From contig CBDDCA010000005.1 of the NCBI GenBank assembly GCA_965226055.1, forward strand, positions 32,001 through 96,000: a stretch of DNA of 64,000 bases, in the 5' to 3' direction. The DNA comes from Spirochaetia bacterium. Its GTDB lineage: Bacteria; Spirochaetota; Spirochaetia; WTKD01; G963693115. A program made the translations under genes and the position numbers. Under the pieces are notes generated by a model that saw nothing but the letters and a program-made list of their open reading frames with translations, searched no databases and was not told where the DNA came from. Positions 19,505 to 29,303 of this stretch are shown piece after piece; position 1 is the stretch's first letter, and each line of letters starts with the position of its first letter.

Positions 19505-20252
19505 GGTATCAGATGCTCATTCTTTTGTTATACTAAACGGAACATTATGCAATGAAACACTGTGGCTTCCGTGTTTACAGATACTGAAAAGGAAGCTCCC
19601 AAGTTCCCATTATATATTTCCTCGTATAGACGAAGGAATGAGCATTGAAGCTACTGCTACAAGTATCATACAACAGTACATACTCCCTTCCCACAGTAAT
19701 GTATGGATTATAGGATATTCCTTAGGTGGTATTATTGCACTAGAATGTGTAAGACAGCAACAAGAAAATATTGCAGGACTCATAATAACAAATACTAACC
19801 CTGAAGGACAAACAGAAAAAAGAACACAGGCAGTACACCGTCAATTACAATGCCTTAATGAAAAGGGATTAGAGGCAGTCTTTGATGAGATACTATTGCC
19901 AGCATATTTTGGAGATACATACAAAACATCTATGCAGGAACAAGCAAGCACTATAAAATCAATGGGACTATCTTTAGGACCAGAAGTTCTTAAAAGGCAG
20001 CTTGCAACTCTGATAACTCGTATTGATCAAAGACTGCATCTTCCTCGTATACATGTCCCTACCTTGCTTATATGCGGTAATAAAGACACTCTCTGTCCTC
20101 CTGCATTACATACCACAATGAATGCCCTTATAGCAAATAGTACTCTTACTATATTTGAACATGTAGGACATATGCTTCCTTTCGTGGCTCCACAGCAGCT
20201 TGCAGACACAATAGAAAAGTGGGTACACACAGTTAGCGTGCACGAAGGCTAA
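19494..20252 (+). CDS. Alpha/beta hydrolase (enol-lactonase-like)
   Basis: GYSLGG nucleophile elbow; PTLLICGNKD (Asp) and GHM (His) complete the triad. Confidence 0.85.
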   Translation: MPPKVSDAHSFVILNGTLCNETLWLPCLQILKRKLPSSHYIFPRIDEGMSIEATATSIIQQYILPSHSNVWIIGYSLGGIIALECVRQQQENIAGLIITNTNPEGQTEKRTQAVHRQLQCLNEKGLEAVFDEILLPAYFGDTYKTSMQEQASTIKSMGLSLGPEVLKRQLATLITRIDQRLHLPRIHVPTLLICGNKDTLCPPALHTTMNALIANSTLTIFEHVGHMLPFVAPQQLADTIEKWVHTVSVHEG

Positions 20253-21048
20253 ATCTAAAATTTCTCGTAGACGTTTTAGAGTGGTATACAAAAATATCTG
20301 CAGTAAAATATCCTTTTTTTATATCTATATCAGGAAGAGAAAATACGAGAAGATCATTTTTACTAAGAATATCCATATCAATAATACTGAGAAGATCATT
20401 ACGCCATAGTTCTATCACTGTATCCTGTAATGTTATACGTATAAATTGAGGTATAGTATAATGAAGAGATCGTTTGTCAAGTACAGACAAAGTAATATCT
20501 ATAGTATTATTTCCTGCATACAATACCCTATTTGATACAGACAGCTTCTCATTACTTTTTTCTTGATGTGTAAAAGAAAAATCATATAATTTCATTTCTA
20601 CAGCAATATCAAGCGTAGGAAATATATCAAAAGGATCTACCCACTGCTTCTGGTTAATATCAAATATCTTTATATGCCAAGGGGCTGTTGCTGTCCCTAC
20701 AATATCCCCTTGTACTACTGTATTTCCTATAGTAACAACTGGAAAAATACCGTAATATACAATATGAAATCCATTGTCTGTTTCTAGTATAAGCATAGTA
20801 TCTGTAATACTTGCCTCTATGACAAAAGATTTTGACATTACTACTTTTGCATTTGCACTTGCGTATACTGGCCCTTGTGATACAATATGAACAGTAGGTA
20901 TAAAAGTAGTGGTACCATCATTCTCAATAGTAGTATACTGGGGATATATATATTCTAAGGTATTGAAATCAAAAGGCCAATATTCAGCGTATGCATTGCT
21001 TATAGACAACAACATCATAAAAAGAACAATAAGACTATACTTATTCAT
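20233..21048 (-). CDS. Exported protein with a degenerate M23/duplicated-hybrid-motif domain
   Basis: Signal peptide; GPVYASANAKV...ILETDNGFHIVYYGI...VTIGNTVVQGDIVG...WVDP resembles the M23 fold without the Zn ligands. Confidence 0.55.
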   Translation of the reverse strand: MNKYSLIVLFMMLLSISNAYAEYWPFDFNTLEYIYPQYTTIENDGTTTFIPTVHIVSQGPVYASANAKVVMSKSFVIEASITDTMLILETDNGFHIVYYGIFPVVTIGNTVVQGDIVGTATAPWHIKIFDINQKQWVDPFDIFPTLDIAVEMKLYDFSFTHQEKSNEKLSVSNRVLYAGNNTIDITLSVLDKRSLHYTIPQFIRITLQDTVIELWRNDLLSIIDMDILSKNDLLVFSLPDIDIKKGYFTADIFVYHSKTSTRNFRFSLRAR

Positions 21049-22066
21049 GTTTAAGTACCATAGTGTAATAGATAGCATAATGATTGGAATTATTATTTTT
21101 TGATCTCACTATAAAACGTGTATCTTGCTTATCATAGTATATATTCACATTTTCTCTGTCATCTGTATTTTCAAATAGAGTAAAAGCAATATTAGTCCCT
21201 ATATTCAATGTGAGATACTGTTTCTTTTCTTTTTGAAATTGTAGTATATGAAAATTTTTTGATCCTCCAGCAAACTGTAATATTGCTTCATTAAAAATAC
21301 TATTGACTTTATCGTTAGATACCAGTTCAATACCTTTTGCAGTATTTATATAGATACCAATGTCTTCAATACTATATATTTTATTTATATAATCAAGTGT
21401 TAGTGCATCAAATAATGTCGATTTTTGTTGAAAAATAGTACTATCTCTTGATAGCCTATATATTGTCACAGAATTTTTTTTATCTATACTACTACTGTTA
21501 TCTTTTGATGACAAAACCTCCTTACTCCCTAAAGCAAATACAATAATATCTTTTTGTTGCCATGTTACCATAAGAATTGGTGTTTGAATATCTATACTCT
21601 GATATAATAATGATTCTTTTTCCGTTTCTACAGTAATGATTTTTATTCTACCATTACTACAGCCAAGCACTACACCATTTTTCTGTAGTACAGATGTACT
21701 GGATACTACACAATCTACACTCAATGGAAGAACAGTGCGATGAGAATCTTTTTGTAAGTATGATATTTCGCTCTCTTTCACAAAATCTGAAATAGTAATA
21801 GGCAGTGTACTTGAAAGAGTATATAAAGAATGGGTATGATGCAAAGAAAATATATTCTTTTGTTGATTTGATGCTAAGGAATGGAGCATATTATAGTCGC
21901 TTTGAGGTATTTTCTTAAATTGAAAATAGTATGTTTCATCTTCACTGTGAGGAGAAAAATATTGAATAGCAATAATAATAAAAATACACAGTAGTATTGT
22001 AAGAATGAAAGAGAAAATACGCTTAAAAAAACTTTTTCTCTCGTATTGAGAGCTTTCATAATACAT
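21041..22066 (-). CDS. Membrane-anchored hypothetical protein (possible beta-propeller)
   Basis: 341-aa ORF, single N-terminal TM segment, beta-rich; stop overlaps the next start. Confidence 0.6.
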   Translation of the reverse strand: MYYESSQYERKSFFKRIFSFILTILLCIFIIIAIQYFSPHSEDETYYFQFKKIPQSDYNMLHSLASNQQKNIFSLHHTHSLYTLSSTLPITISDFVKESEISYLQKDSHRTVLPLSVDCVVSSTSVLQKNGVVLGCSNGRIKIITVETEKESLLYQSIDIQTPILMVTWQQKDIIVFALGSKEVLSSKDNSSSIDKKNSVTIYRLSRDSTIFQQKSTLFDALTLDYINKIYSIEDIGIYINTAKGIELVSNDKVNSIFNEAILQFAGGSKNFHILQFQKEKKQYLTLNIGTNIAFTLFENTDDRENVNIYYDKQDTRFIVRSKNNNSNHYAIYYTMVLKHE

Positions 22067-22090
22067 ATACTTTAATTTTGGAGCTGAAAG

Positions 22091-22117
22091 GGAGGGTAAT
22101 GTGATACACTACCCTCC
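22091..22117 (-). terminator. Hairpin downstream of the giant lipoprotein gene
   Basis: GGAGGGTA...TACCCTCC inverted repeat; only a short T run on the minus strand. Confidence 0.5.
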
Positions 22118-22181
22118 TCACTACTATTCTCTTATGAAGATTTTATACTTCATCCCTACATACAATATATCTTAACTCCCT

Positions 22182-25100
22182 TTAATACCATGAGGGCAGT
22201 TTAGTTACTTTAGAATTAGTAAACATGTTAGATTTATCAATATCTTTTCTTATATGACTTCCCCATGCTTCTAAATTTTGTGCAAAATTACTATCCTCAA
22301 ACATCTGAATCATATTAATTACATTACTTACATTCCAATTTGATATATCTCCATTAAATTTATTAGGCTTTTGAGGAAATCCAAAATCTGCATCTGCAGG
22401 TATTCCATTAAACATATTGCCCATATTAGTTACTTTACTCACATCCCATTTTGATATATCTCCATTAAATGCAGAAGCGTTTTGAAACATACTTTTCATA
22501 TTAGTTACTTTACTCACATCCCATTCTGATATATCCCCATTAAATAGGTAAAATCCTTCCTCTGTCTTGAAACTGAAACCTGAGAATAGATAACTCATAT
22601 CTTTAATTTTACTTGTATTGATAAGGTTTAGATCTGCATCTAAATTATCCTTAGCATCTATGGTATCATCGTTGTTAGTATCAATTATGTCTTTAATTGT
22701 CTCTATTAGCTTAGCCCTATTTTCAGGGGTATATTTATGCACTACAGTAATATCAATAGAGACCTCTGCTTTCCTGTTGTCTCGTGCAGTAAATTTTATT
22801 GTATAGGTGGTTTTAGGTTGATATTTCGCTACCCCCGATATTGTGCCATTGCTGGTATTAAATGTAAGTCTAGTATTTTTTGTGATATTGGGAGTAATAG
22901 AAAATGTACCTCCCGTACCTGCACCACTAGGAGTAACTTCCATAACAATAGGAGTAATAGCTGTGCCGCCTTCCTCTTGTGCTGTTGTTGAGAAAGTAGT
23001 CAATATACTGCTGCTTCCTTGTTGCTTTGCTGTCACGTTAATAGATACAAGGGTAGTTACTTCTTCTCTCACTCCTGTAGAGATTTTTATGGCATCCGTT
23101 GCATTGACTGCCCGTACTACTATTTCATAGGTTGTAGTAGGCGTCAGATTACTTATACTTGTACTTGTTGTTCCTTTTGCTACTGCTATTGGACTCTTAT
23201 CTGCTGATATAATCTGTCCTACTGTTCGGACCCTTACTCCATCCTTTGTTACACGATATACTTTGTAGGATACATCTGATTGTGTGAGTTGTGTTCCATC
23301 TGCTTTCTTATGACTATCAGTAAGCATGGGGGCTGTCCACGATATTATTGTACTCGTATCAGCAGGATTTTCTGTAATATTTCTTACTTCTGCTGGGGCG
23401 GTTGCAGGGTTAGCGGTAGTTACTTCTATCTTTACTCCTGTAGAGACTTTTGTGGTATCTGTTGTATTAACTGCTTGTACTACTATTTCATAGGTGGTAG
23501 TAAAAATAAGATTACTTATATTTATGCTAGTTGTTCCTTTTGATACTGCTATCGGATTATTATCTGCTACTATAATCTGTGCTGCTGTTCGAGTGTTTGC
23601 TCCATTCTTTGCTATACGATATACCTTGTAAGATACATCTGCCGTTGTAAGTCCTTGTCCGTTTGCTTTCTTATGACTATCATTAAGCGTGGGGGCTGTC
23701 CATGATATTCTTGCACTCGTATCGGTAATATTTGATACTATAATATTTGTTACTTCCGCTGGGGCGGTTGCTTGATTAGTTGTAAGAGTAGTTACCTCAG
23801 ATCTCTTCCCTGTGGAAACTTTTATGGTATCTGTTGAATTGACTGCCTGTACTACTATTTCATAGGTAGTATTACGAGTAAGATTACTTATATTTGTGTT
23901 TGTTGTTCCTTTTGACACTGCTATTGGACTCTTATCTGCTGCTATAATCTGTGCTGCTGTTCGGGTGTTTGCTCCATTCTTTGCTACACGATATACTTTG
24001 TAGGATACATCTGCCGTTGTGAGTCTTTGTCCGTTTAATTTCTTATGAATGCTTGTAAGCGTGGGGGCTGTCCATGATATTCTTGCACTCGTATCAAGAG
24101 TGTTAGTAGTAATATTTGTTACTTCCGCTGGGGCGGTTGCAGGGTTAGCGGTAGTTACTTCTGCTTTTACTCCTGCAGATATTTTTGTGATATCTGTTGC
24201 ATTGACTGACCGCACTACTATTTCATAGGTTGTACTAAAAATAAGATTACTTATAGTTACATTTGTTGTTCCTTTTGCTACTACTATTGGATTATTATCT
24301 GCTGATATAATCTGTCCTACTGTTCGGGTGTTTGCTCCATTCTTTGCTACACGATATACCTTGTAGGACACATCTGCCACTGTAAGTCCTTGTCCGTTTG
24401 CTTTCTTATGACTATCATTAAGCGTGGGGGCTGCCCACAATACTACTGCACTATTATCGGTAGTACTCGATACTGTAACATTTGTTACTTCTGCTGGGGC
24501 GGTTGCGGGGTTCGTGGTAGTTACTTCTGCTTTTACTCCTGTAGAGACTTTTGTGGTATATGTTGCATTGACTGCTTGTACTACTATCTCATAGGTTGTA
24601 TTACCTATAAGACTACTTATAGTTGTGCTTGTCGTTCCCTTTGTTACTGCTATCGGACTCTTATCTGCTGATATAATCTGTCCTGCTGTTCGGGTGTTTG
24701 CTCCATTCTTTGCTACACGATATACCTTGTAGGACACATCTGCCACTGTAAGTCCTTGTCCGTTTGCTTTCTTATGACTATCATTAAGCGTGGGGGCTGT
24801 CCACGATATTCTTGCACTATTATCGGTAATACTTGATACTGTAACATTTGTTACTTCTGCTGGGGCGGTTGCGGGATTCGTGGTAGTTACTTCTGCTTTT
24901 ACTCCTGTAGAGATTTTTGTGGTATCCGTTGCATTGATTGCCTGTACTGCTATCTCATAGGTTGTATTACCTGTAAGATTACTTATAGTTGTGCTTGTCG
25001 TTCCCTTTGTTACTGCTATCGGACTCTTATCTGCTGATATAATCTGTCCTGCTGTTCGGGTGTTTGCTCCATTCTTTGCTACACGATATACCCTATATGA

Positions 25101-28100
25101 TACATCTGCTGTTGTGAGTGTTTGTCCATTTGCTTTCTTATGACTATCATTAAGCGTAGGGGCTGTCCATGATATTCTTGTACTATTATCGGTAATATTC
25201 GATGCTGTAACATTTGTTACTTCTGCTGGGGCGGTTGCTTGATTAGTGGTAGTTACTTCAGTTCTCATTCCTGTAGAGACTTTTGTAGTATCCGTTGAAT
25301 TGACTGCTTGTACTGCTATTTCATAGGTTGTACTACTTGTAAGATTACTTATAGTTGTACTGGTTGTTCCTTTTGCTACTGCTAACGGGTTCTTATCCAC
25401 TACTATAATCTGTGCTGCTGTTCGAGTGTTTGCTCCATTCTTTGCTACACGATATACCTTGTAAGATACATCTGCCGCCGTAAGTCCTTGTCCGTCTGTT
25501 TTCTTATGACTAGCCCCAAGCGTGGGAGCACTCCATGATATTCTTGCACTATTATCGGTAATACCCCCTACTGTAATATTTGTTACTCCTGCTGGGGCGG
25601 TTGCTTGATTAGTTGTAAGGGTAGTTAGTTCTGCTTTTACTCCTGTAGAGATTTTTGTGGTATCCGTTGAATTGACTGCTCGTACTACTACTTCATAGGT
25701 TGTACTCCCTGTAAGATTAGTTATAGTTGTGCTTGTTGTTCCCTCTGCTACTTCTATCGGGCTAGTATCTGCTGCTACAATCTGTGCTATTGTTCGACTC
25801 GATCCTCCCTTTGCTACACGATATACCTTGTATGATACATCTGATCGTGTGAGTAGTGTTCCGTCTGCTTTCTTATGATTAGCCTCAAGCGTGGGAGCTG
25901 TCCACGATATTCTTGCACTATTATTGGTAATACTTGATGCTGTAACACTGCTTGCATCTGCTGGGGCGGTTGCGGGATTAGTGGTAGTTGCTTCTCTCCT
26001 TACTCCTGTAGAGACTTTTGTGGTATCTGTTGAATTGATTGCCTGTACTACTATTTCATAGGTTGTACTTCCTGTAAGATTACTTATAGTTGTATTTGTT
26101 ATTCCTTTTGTTACTGCTATTGGGGTATTATCTGCTGCTATAATATTTGCTATTGATCGGGTATTTGATCCATTCTTTGCTACATGATATACCTTATACG
26201 ATACATCAGCTGCTGTGAGTCTTTGTCCATTTGCTTTCTTATGACTATCATTAAGCGTAGGGGCTGCCCATGATATTCTTGCACTATTATCGGTAATACT
26301 TGATGCTGTAACACTGCTTGCATCTGCTGGGGCGGTTGCGGGATTAGTGGTAGTTGCTTCTCTCCTTACTCCTGTAGAGACTTTTGTGGTATCTGTTGAA
26401 TTGATTGCCTGTACTACTATTTCATAGGTTGTACTCCCTGCAAGATTACTTATAGTTGTGCTTGTCGTTCCCTTTGCCACTGCTATCGGTGTCCTGTCTG
26501 CTGCTATAATACCTACTACTGTTCGGGTATTTGTTCCATTCTTTGCTATACGATATACCTTATACGATACATCTGAATGTGTGAGTTGTGTTCCATCTGC
26601 TTTCTTATGACTATCATTAAGCGTAGGGGCTGTCCATGATATTCTTGCACTATTATCGGTAATACTTGATGCTGTAACATTGCTTGCATCTGCTGGGGCA
26701 GTTGCTAAAGCTGCTGGGTTAGTGGTAGTTACTTCTGTCTTCGCTCCTGTAGAGATTTTTGTGGTATCTGTTGAATTGATTGCCTGTACTACTATCTCAT
26801 AGGTTGTACTCCCTGTAAGATTAGTTATACTTGCGTATGTTGTTCCTTTTACTACTGCTATCGGACTCTTATCTGCTGCTATAATACTTGCTATTGATCG
26901 AATGTTTGATCCATTTTTTGCTACACGATATACCTTGTACGATACATCTGCCGCTGTGAGTCTTTGTCCGTTTGCTTTCTTGTAACTATCATTAAGTGCG
27001 GGGGCTGACCACAATATTACTGCACTTTTCTCAGTAATATTCAATGCTGTAATACTACGTACATTCGCTGGTGCATTTGCTGGGTTAGTGGTAGTTGCTT
27101 CTATTTTCACTCCTGTAGAGGCTTTTGTAGCATCCGTTGCATTGATTGCCTGTACTACTATTTCATAGGTTGTACTCCCTGTAAGATCACTTATAGTTGT
27201 GCTTGTTGTTCCTTTTGCTACTTCTATTGGACTCTTATCTGCTCCTATAATCTGTGCTACTGTTCGGGTGCTTGATATATTCTTTGCTATACGATATACC
27301 TTGTATGACACATCTGAAGCTGTGAGTGCTTGTCCATTTGCTTTCTTATGACTATCATTAAGCGCAGGGGCTGTCCACAGTATTCTTGCACTATTATCGG
27401 TAATACTTGATGCTGTAATATTTCTTGCTTCTGCTGGGGCGGTTGCGGGGTTAGTGGTAGTTGCTTCTATTTTCACTCCCGTAGAGACTTTTGTAGTATC
27501 CGTTGCATTAACTGCCTGTACTACTATTTCATAGGTTGTACTCCCTGTAAGATCACTTATAGTTGTGCTTGTTGTTCCTTTTGCTACTTCTATCGGGTTA
27601 GTATCTGCTGCTATAATATTTGCTACTAATCGGGTGTTTGCTCCATTCTTTGCTACACGATATATCTTGTACAATATATCTGCTTGTGTTAATTGTGTTC
27701 CATCTGCTTTTTTATGGCTATCATTAAGCGTGGGGGCTACCCACGATATTCCTGCACTATTATCGGTAATACTTGATGCTGTAACACTGCTTGCATCTGC
27801 TGGGGCGGTTGCTTGATTAGTTGTAAGAGTAGTTACTTCAGCTTTCACTCCTGTAGAGACTTTTGTGGTATCCGTTGCATTGATTGCCTGTACTACTATT
27901 TCATAGGTTGTATTACGAGTAAGACTACCTATAGTTGTACTTGTTGTTCCCTTTGCTACTGCTATCGGGTTAGTATCTGCTGCTATAATACTTGCTACTG
28001 TTCGGGTGTCTGCTCCATTCTTTGCTACTCGATATACTTTGTATGATACATCTGATTGTGTTAGTCGTGTTCCATCTGCTTTCTTATGACTATCATTAAG

Positions 28101-29057
28101 CGTGGGGGCTGCCCACGATATTCTTGCACTATTATCGGTAGGACTTTCTGCAATACTACTTACCTCTGCTGGGACTGTTGCTTGATTAGTTGTAAGAGTA
28201 GTTACTTCTATCCTTATCCCTGTAGAGACTTTTGTGTCATCCATTGTATTGATTGCCTGTACTACTATTTCATAAGTTGTATTACGAGTAAGATTACTTA
28301 TATTTATGCTTGTCGTTCCTTTTGCTACTTCTATCGGACTCTTATCTGCTCCTATAATCTGTGCTACTGTTCGGGTGTTTAACCCATTCTTTGTTACACG
28401 ATATACCTTGTATGATACATCTGATTGTGTTAGTTGCGTTCCATCTGCTTTCTTATGGCTATCGTTAAGCGTGGGAGCTACCCACGATATTCTTGCACTA
28501 TTATCGGTAGTACTTTCTGTAACATTGCTTACATCTGCTGGGGCGGTTGCTTGATTAGTTGTAAGAGTAGTTACTTCTATCCTTATCCCTGTAGAGATTT
28601 TTGTGGTATCTGTTGAATTGATTGCCTGTACTACTATTTCATAGGTTGTACTACGAGTAAGATTACTTATAGCTGTGCTTGTCGTTCCCTTTGCCACTGC
28701 TATCGGGTTCTTATCTGCTCCTATAACCTGTGCTACTGATCTGGTATTTGATCCATTCTTTGCTACACGATATACCTTGTATGATATATCTGCCTGTGTT
28801 AGTTGCGTTCCATCTGCCTTCTTATAACTGTTTGTAAGCGTTGGAGCTACCCATGATATCCTTACATTCTTATCGGTAATACTCCCTGCTACAGTATTTA
28901 TTACTTCTGCTGGGACTGTTGCAAGGGATGTAACATTACTACCTCTCCCACTCTCACTACTTAATTTGTTTTCTTCGCAAGAAAAGAAAGCAAATAAAGA
29001 AATAAAAAGAATAATAAAAGAGATATGATTTTTATAAAAATTAAAAAAAGAAAACAT
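22182..29057 (-). CDS. Giant surface lipoprotein (2291 aa): 16 FN3-like repeats, Ig-like neck, DUF285/BspA-like head
   Basis: Lipobox FAFFSC; 16 copies of W.AP.L..SHKK..G..LT..DVSYKVYR...L...TTYEIVVQA.N; C-terminal FNGDISxWDVSKVTNM repeats; AAGGAG Shine-Dalgarno. Confidence 0.9.
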   Translation of the reverse strand: MFSFFNFYKNHISFIILFISLFAFFSCEENKLSSESGRGSNVTSLATVPAEVINTVAGSITDKNVRISWVAPTLTNSYKKADGTQLTQADISYKVYRVAKNGSNTRSVAQVIGADKNPIAVAKGTTSTAISNLTRSTTYEIVVQAINSTDTTKISTGIRIEVTTLTTNQATAPADVSNVTESTTDNSARISWVAPTLNDSHKKADGTQLTQSDVSYKVYRVTKNGLNTRTVAQIIGADKSPIEVAKGTTSINISNLTRNTTYEIVVQAINTMDDTKVSTGIRIEVTTLTTNQATVPAEVSSIAESPTDNSARISWAAPTLNDSHKKADGTRLTQSDVSYKVYRVAKNGADTRTVASIIAADTNPIAVAKGTTSTTIGSLTRNTTYEIVVQAINATDTTKVSTGVKAEVTTLTTNQATAPADASSVTASSITDNSAGISWVAPTLNDSHKKADGTQLTQADILYKIYRVAKNGANTRLVANIIAADTNPIEVAKGTTSTTISDLTGSTTYEIVVQAVNATDTTKVSTGVKIEATTTNPATAPAEARNITASSITDNSARILWTAPALNDSHKKANGQALTASDVSYKVYRIAKNISSTRTVAQIIGADKSPIEVAKGTTSTTISDLTGSTTYEIVVQAINATDATKASTGVKIEATTTNPANAPANVRSITALNITEKSAVILWSAPALNDSYKKANGQRLTAADVSYKVYRVAKNGSNIRSIASIIAADKSPIAVVKGTTYASITNLTGSTTYEIVVQAINSTDTTKISTGAKTEVTTTNPAALATAPADASNVTASSITDNSARISWTAPTLNDSHKKADGTQLTHSDVSYKVYRIAKNGTNTRTVVGIIAADRTPIAVAKGTTSTTISNLAGSTTYEIVVQAINSTDTTKVSTGVRREATTTNPATAPADASSVTASSITDNSARISWAAPTLNDSHKKANGQRLTAADVSYKVYHVAKNGSNTRSIANIIAADNTPIAVTKGITNTTISNLTGSTTYEIVVQAINSTDTTKVSTGVRREATTTNPATAPADASSVTASSITNNSARISWTAPTLEANHKKADGTLLTRSDVSYKVYRVAKGGSSRTIAQIVAADTSPIEVAEGTTSTTITNLTGSTTYEVVVRAVNSTDTTKISTGVKAELTTLTTNQATAPAGVTNITVGGITDNSARISWSAPTLGASHKKTDGQGLTAADVSYKVYRVAKNGANTRTAAQIIVVDKNPLAVAKGTTSTTISNLTSSTTYEIAVQAVNSTDTTKVSTGMRTEVTTTNQATAPAEVTNVTASNITDNSTRISWTAPTLNDSHKKANGQTLTTADVSYRVYRVAKNGANTRTAGQIISADKSPIAVTKGTTSTTISNLTGNTTYEIAVQAINATDTTKISTGVKAEVTTTNPATAPAEVTNVTVSSITDNSARISWTAPTLNDSHKKANGQGLTVADVSYKVYRVAKNGANTRTAGQIISADKSPIAVTKGTTSTTISSLIGNTTYEIVVQAVNATYTTKVSTGVKAEVTTTNPATAPAEVTNVTVSSTTDNSAVVLWAAPTLNDSHKKANGQGLTVADVSYKVYRVAKNGANTRTVGQIISADNNPIVVAKGTTNVTISNLIFSTTYEIVVRSVNATDITKISAGVKAEVTTANPATAPAEVTNITTNTLDTSARISWTAPTLTSIHKKLNGQRLTTADVSYKVYRVAKNGANTRTAAQIIAADKSPIAVSKGTTNTNISNLTRNTTYEIVVQAVNSTDTIKVSTGKRSEVTTLTTNQATAPAEVTNIIVSNITDTSARISWTAPTLNDSHKKANGQGLTTADVSYKVYRIAKNGANTRTAAQIIVADNNPIAVSKGTTSINISNLIFTTTYEIVVQAVNTTDTTKVSTGVKIEVTTANPATAPAEVRNITENPADTSTIISWTAPMLTDSHKKADGTQLTQSDVSYKVYRVTKDGVRVRTVGQIISADKSPIAVAKGTTSTSISNLTPTTTYEIVVRAVNATDAIKISTGVREEVTTLVSINVTAKQQGSSSILTTFSTTAQEEGGTAITPIVMEVTPSGAGTGGTFSITPNITKNTRLTFNTSNGTISGVAKYQPKTTYTIKFTARDNRKAEVSIDITVVHKYTPENRAKLIETIKDIIDTNNDDTIDAKDNLDADLNLINTSKIKDMSYLFSGFSFKTEEGFYLFNGDISEWDVSKVTNMKSMFQNASAFNGDISKWDVSKVTNMGNMFNGIPADADFGFPQKPNKFNGDISNWNVSNVINMIQMFEDSNFAQNLEAWGSHIRKDIDKSNMFTNSKVTKLPSWY
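23050..28922 (-). repeat. Intragenic tandem array of 16 units of about 366 nt
   Basis: Same sequence at 24361 and 24727, and at 25981 and 26347 (both 366 nt apart); 16 YKVYR-type motifs counted. Confidence 0.92.
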
Positions 29058-29089
29058 ATAAATAACTCCTTTTAAACAATAGTATTTAA

Positions 29090-29303
29090 GAGACTGGCAT
29101 AGATAAACAAAATTAGACTAAATTAGCCCCTACATACCCAATTATACAATACTTTGTAAATGTTTGTTTATAAAAGACGATACTTTTTACTGGTATTCCT
29201 GCTATAAAGCATTCTAATAATTTTTCTTTTTTATGGAATAATTTTCTCTTTCTTGGCATTCCTCTCTGAAGTATCTCATTTTTCAATTATTCATATCAGA
29301 CTC
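29090..29303 (-). mobile_element. Possible miniature or deleted IS1595-family (IS1016-like) element
   Basis: Imperfect terminal IRs GAGACTGGCATAGATAA / GAGTCTGATATGAATAA (12/17), each abutting TTAA; encloses frameshifted MPRKRKL...KEKLLECFIAGIP, similar to IS1016-group transposase N-termini. Confidence 0.4.

Noticed and set aside
29043-29049. T7 run at the start of the giant lipoprotein gene as a phase-variation tract
   Set aside because: Short A/T runs are very common in this AT-rich sequence and the gene is in frame
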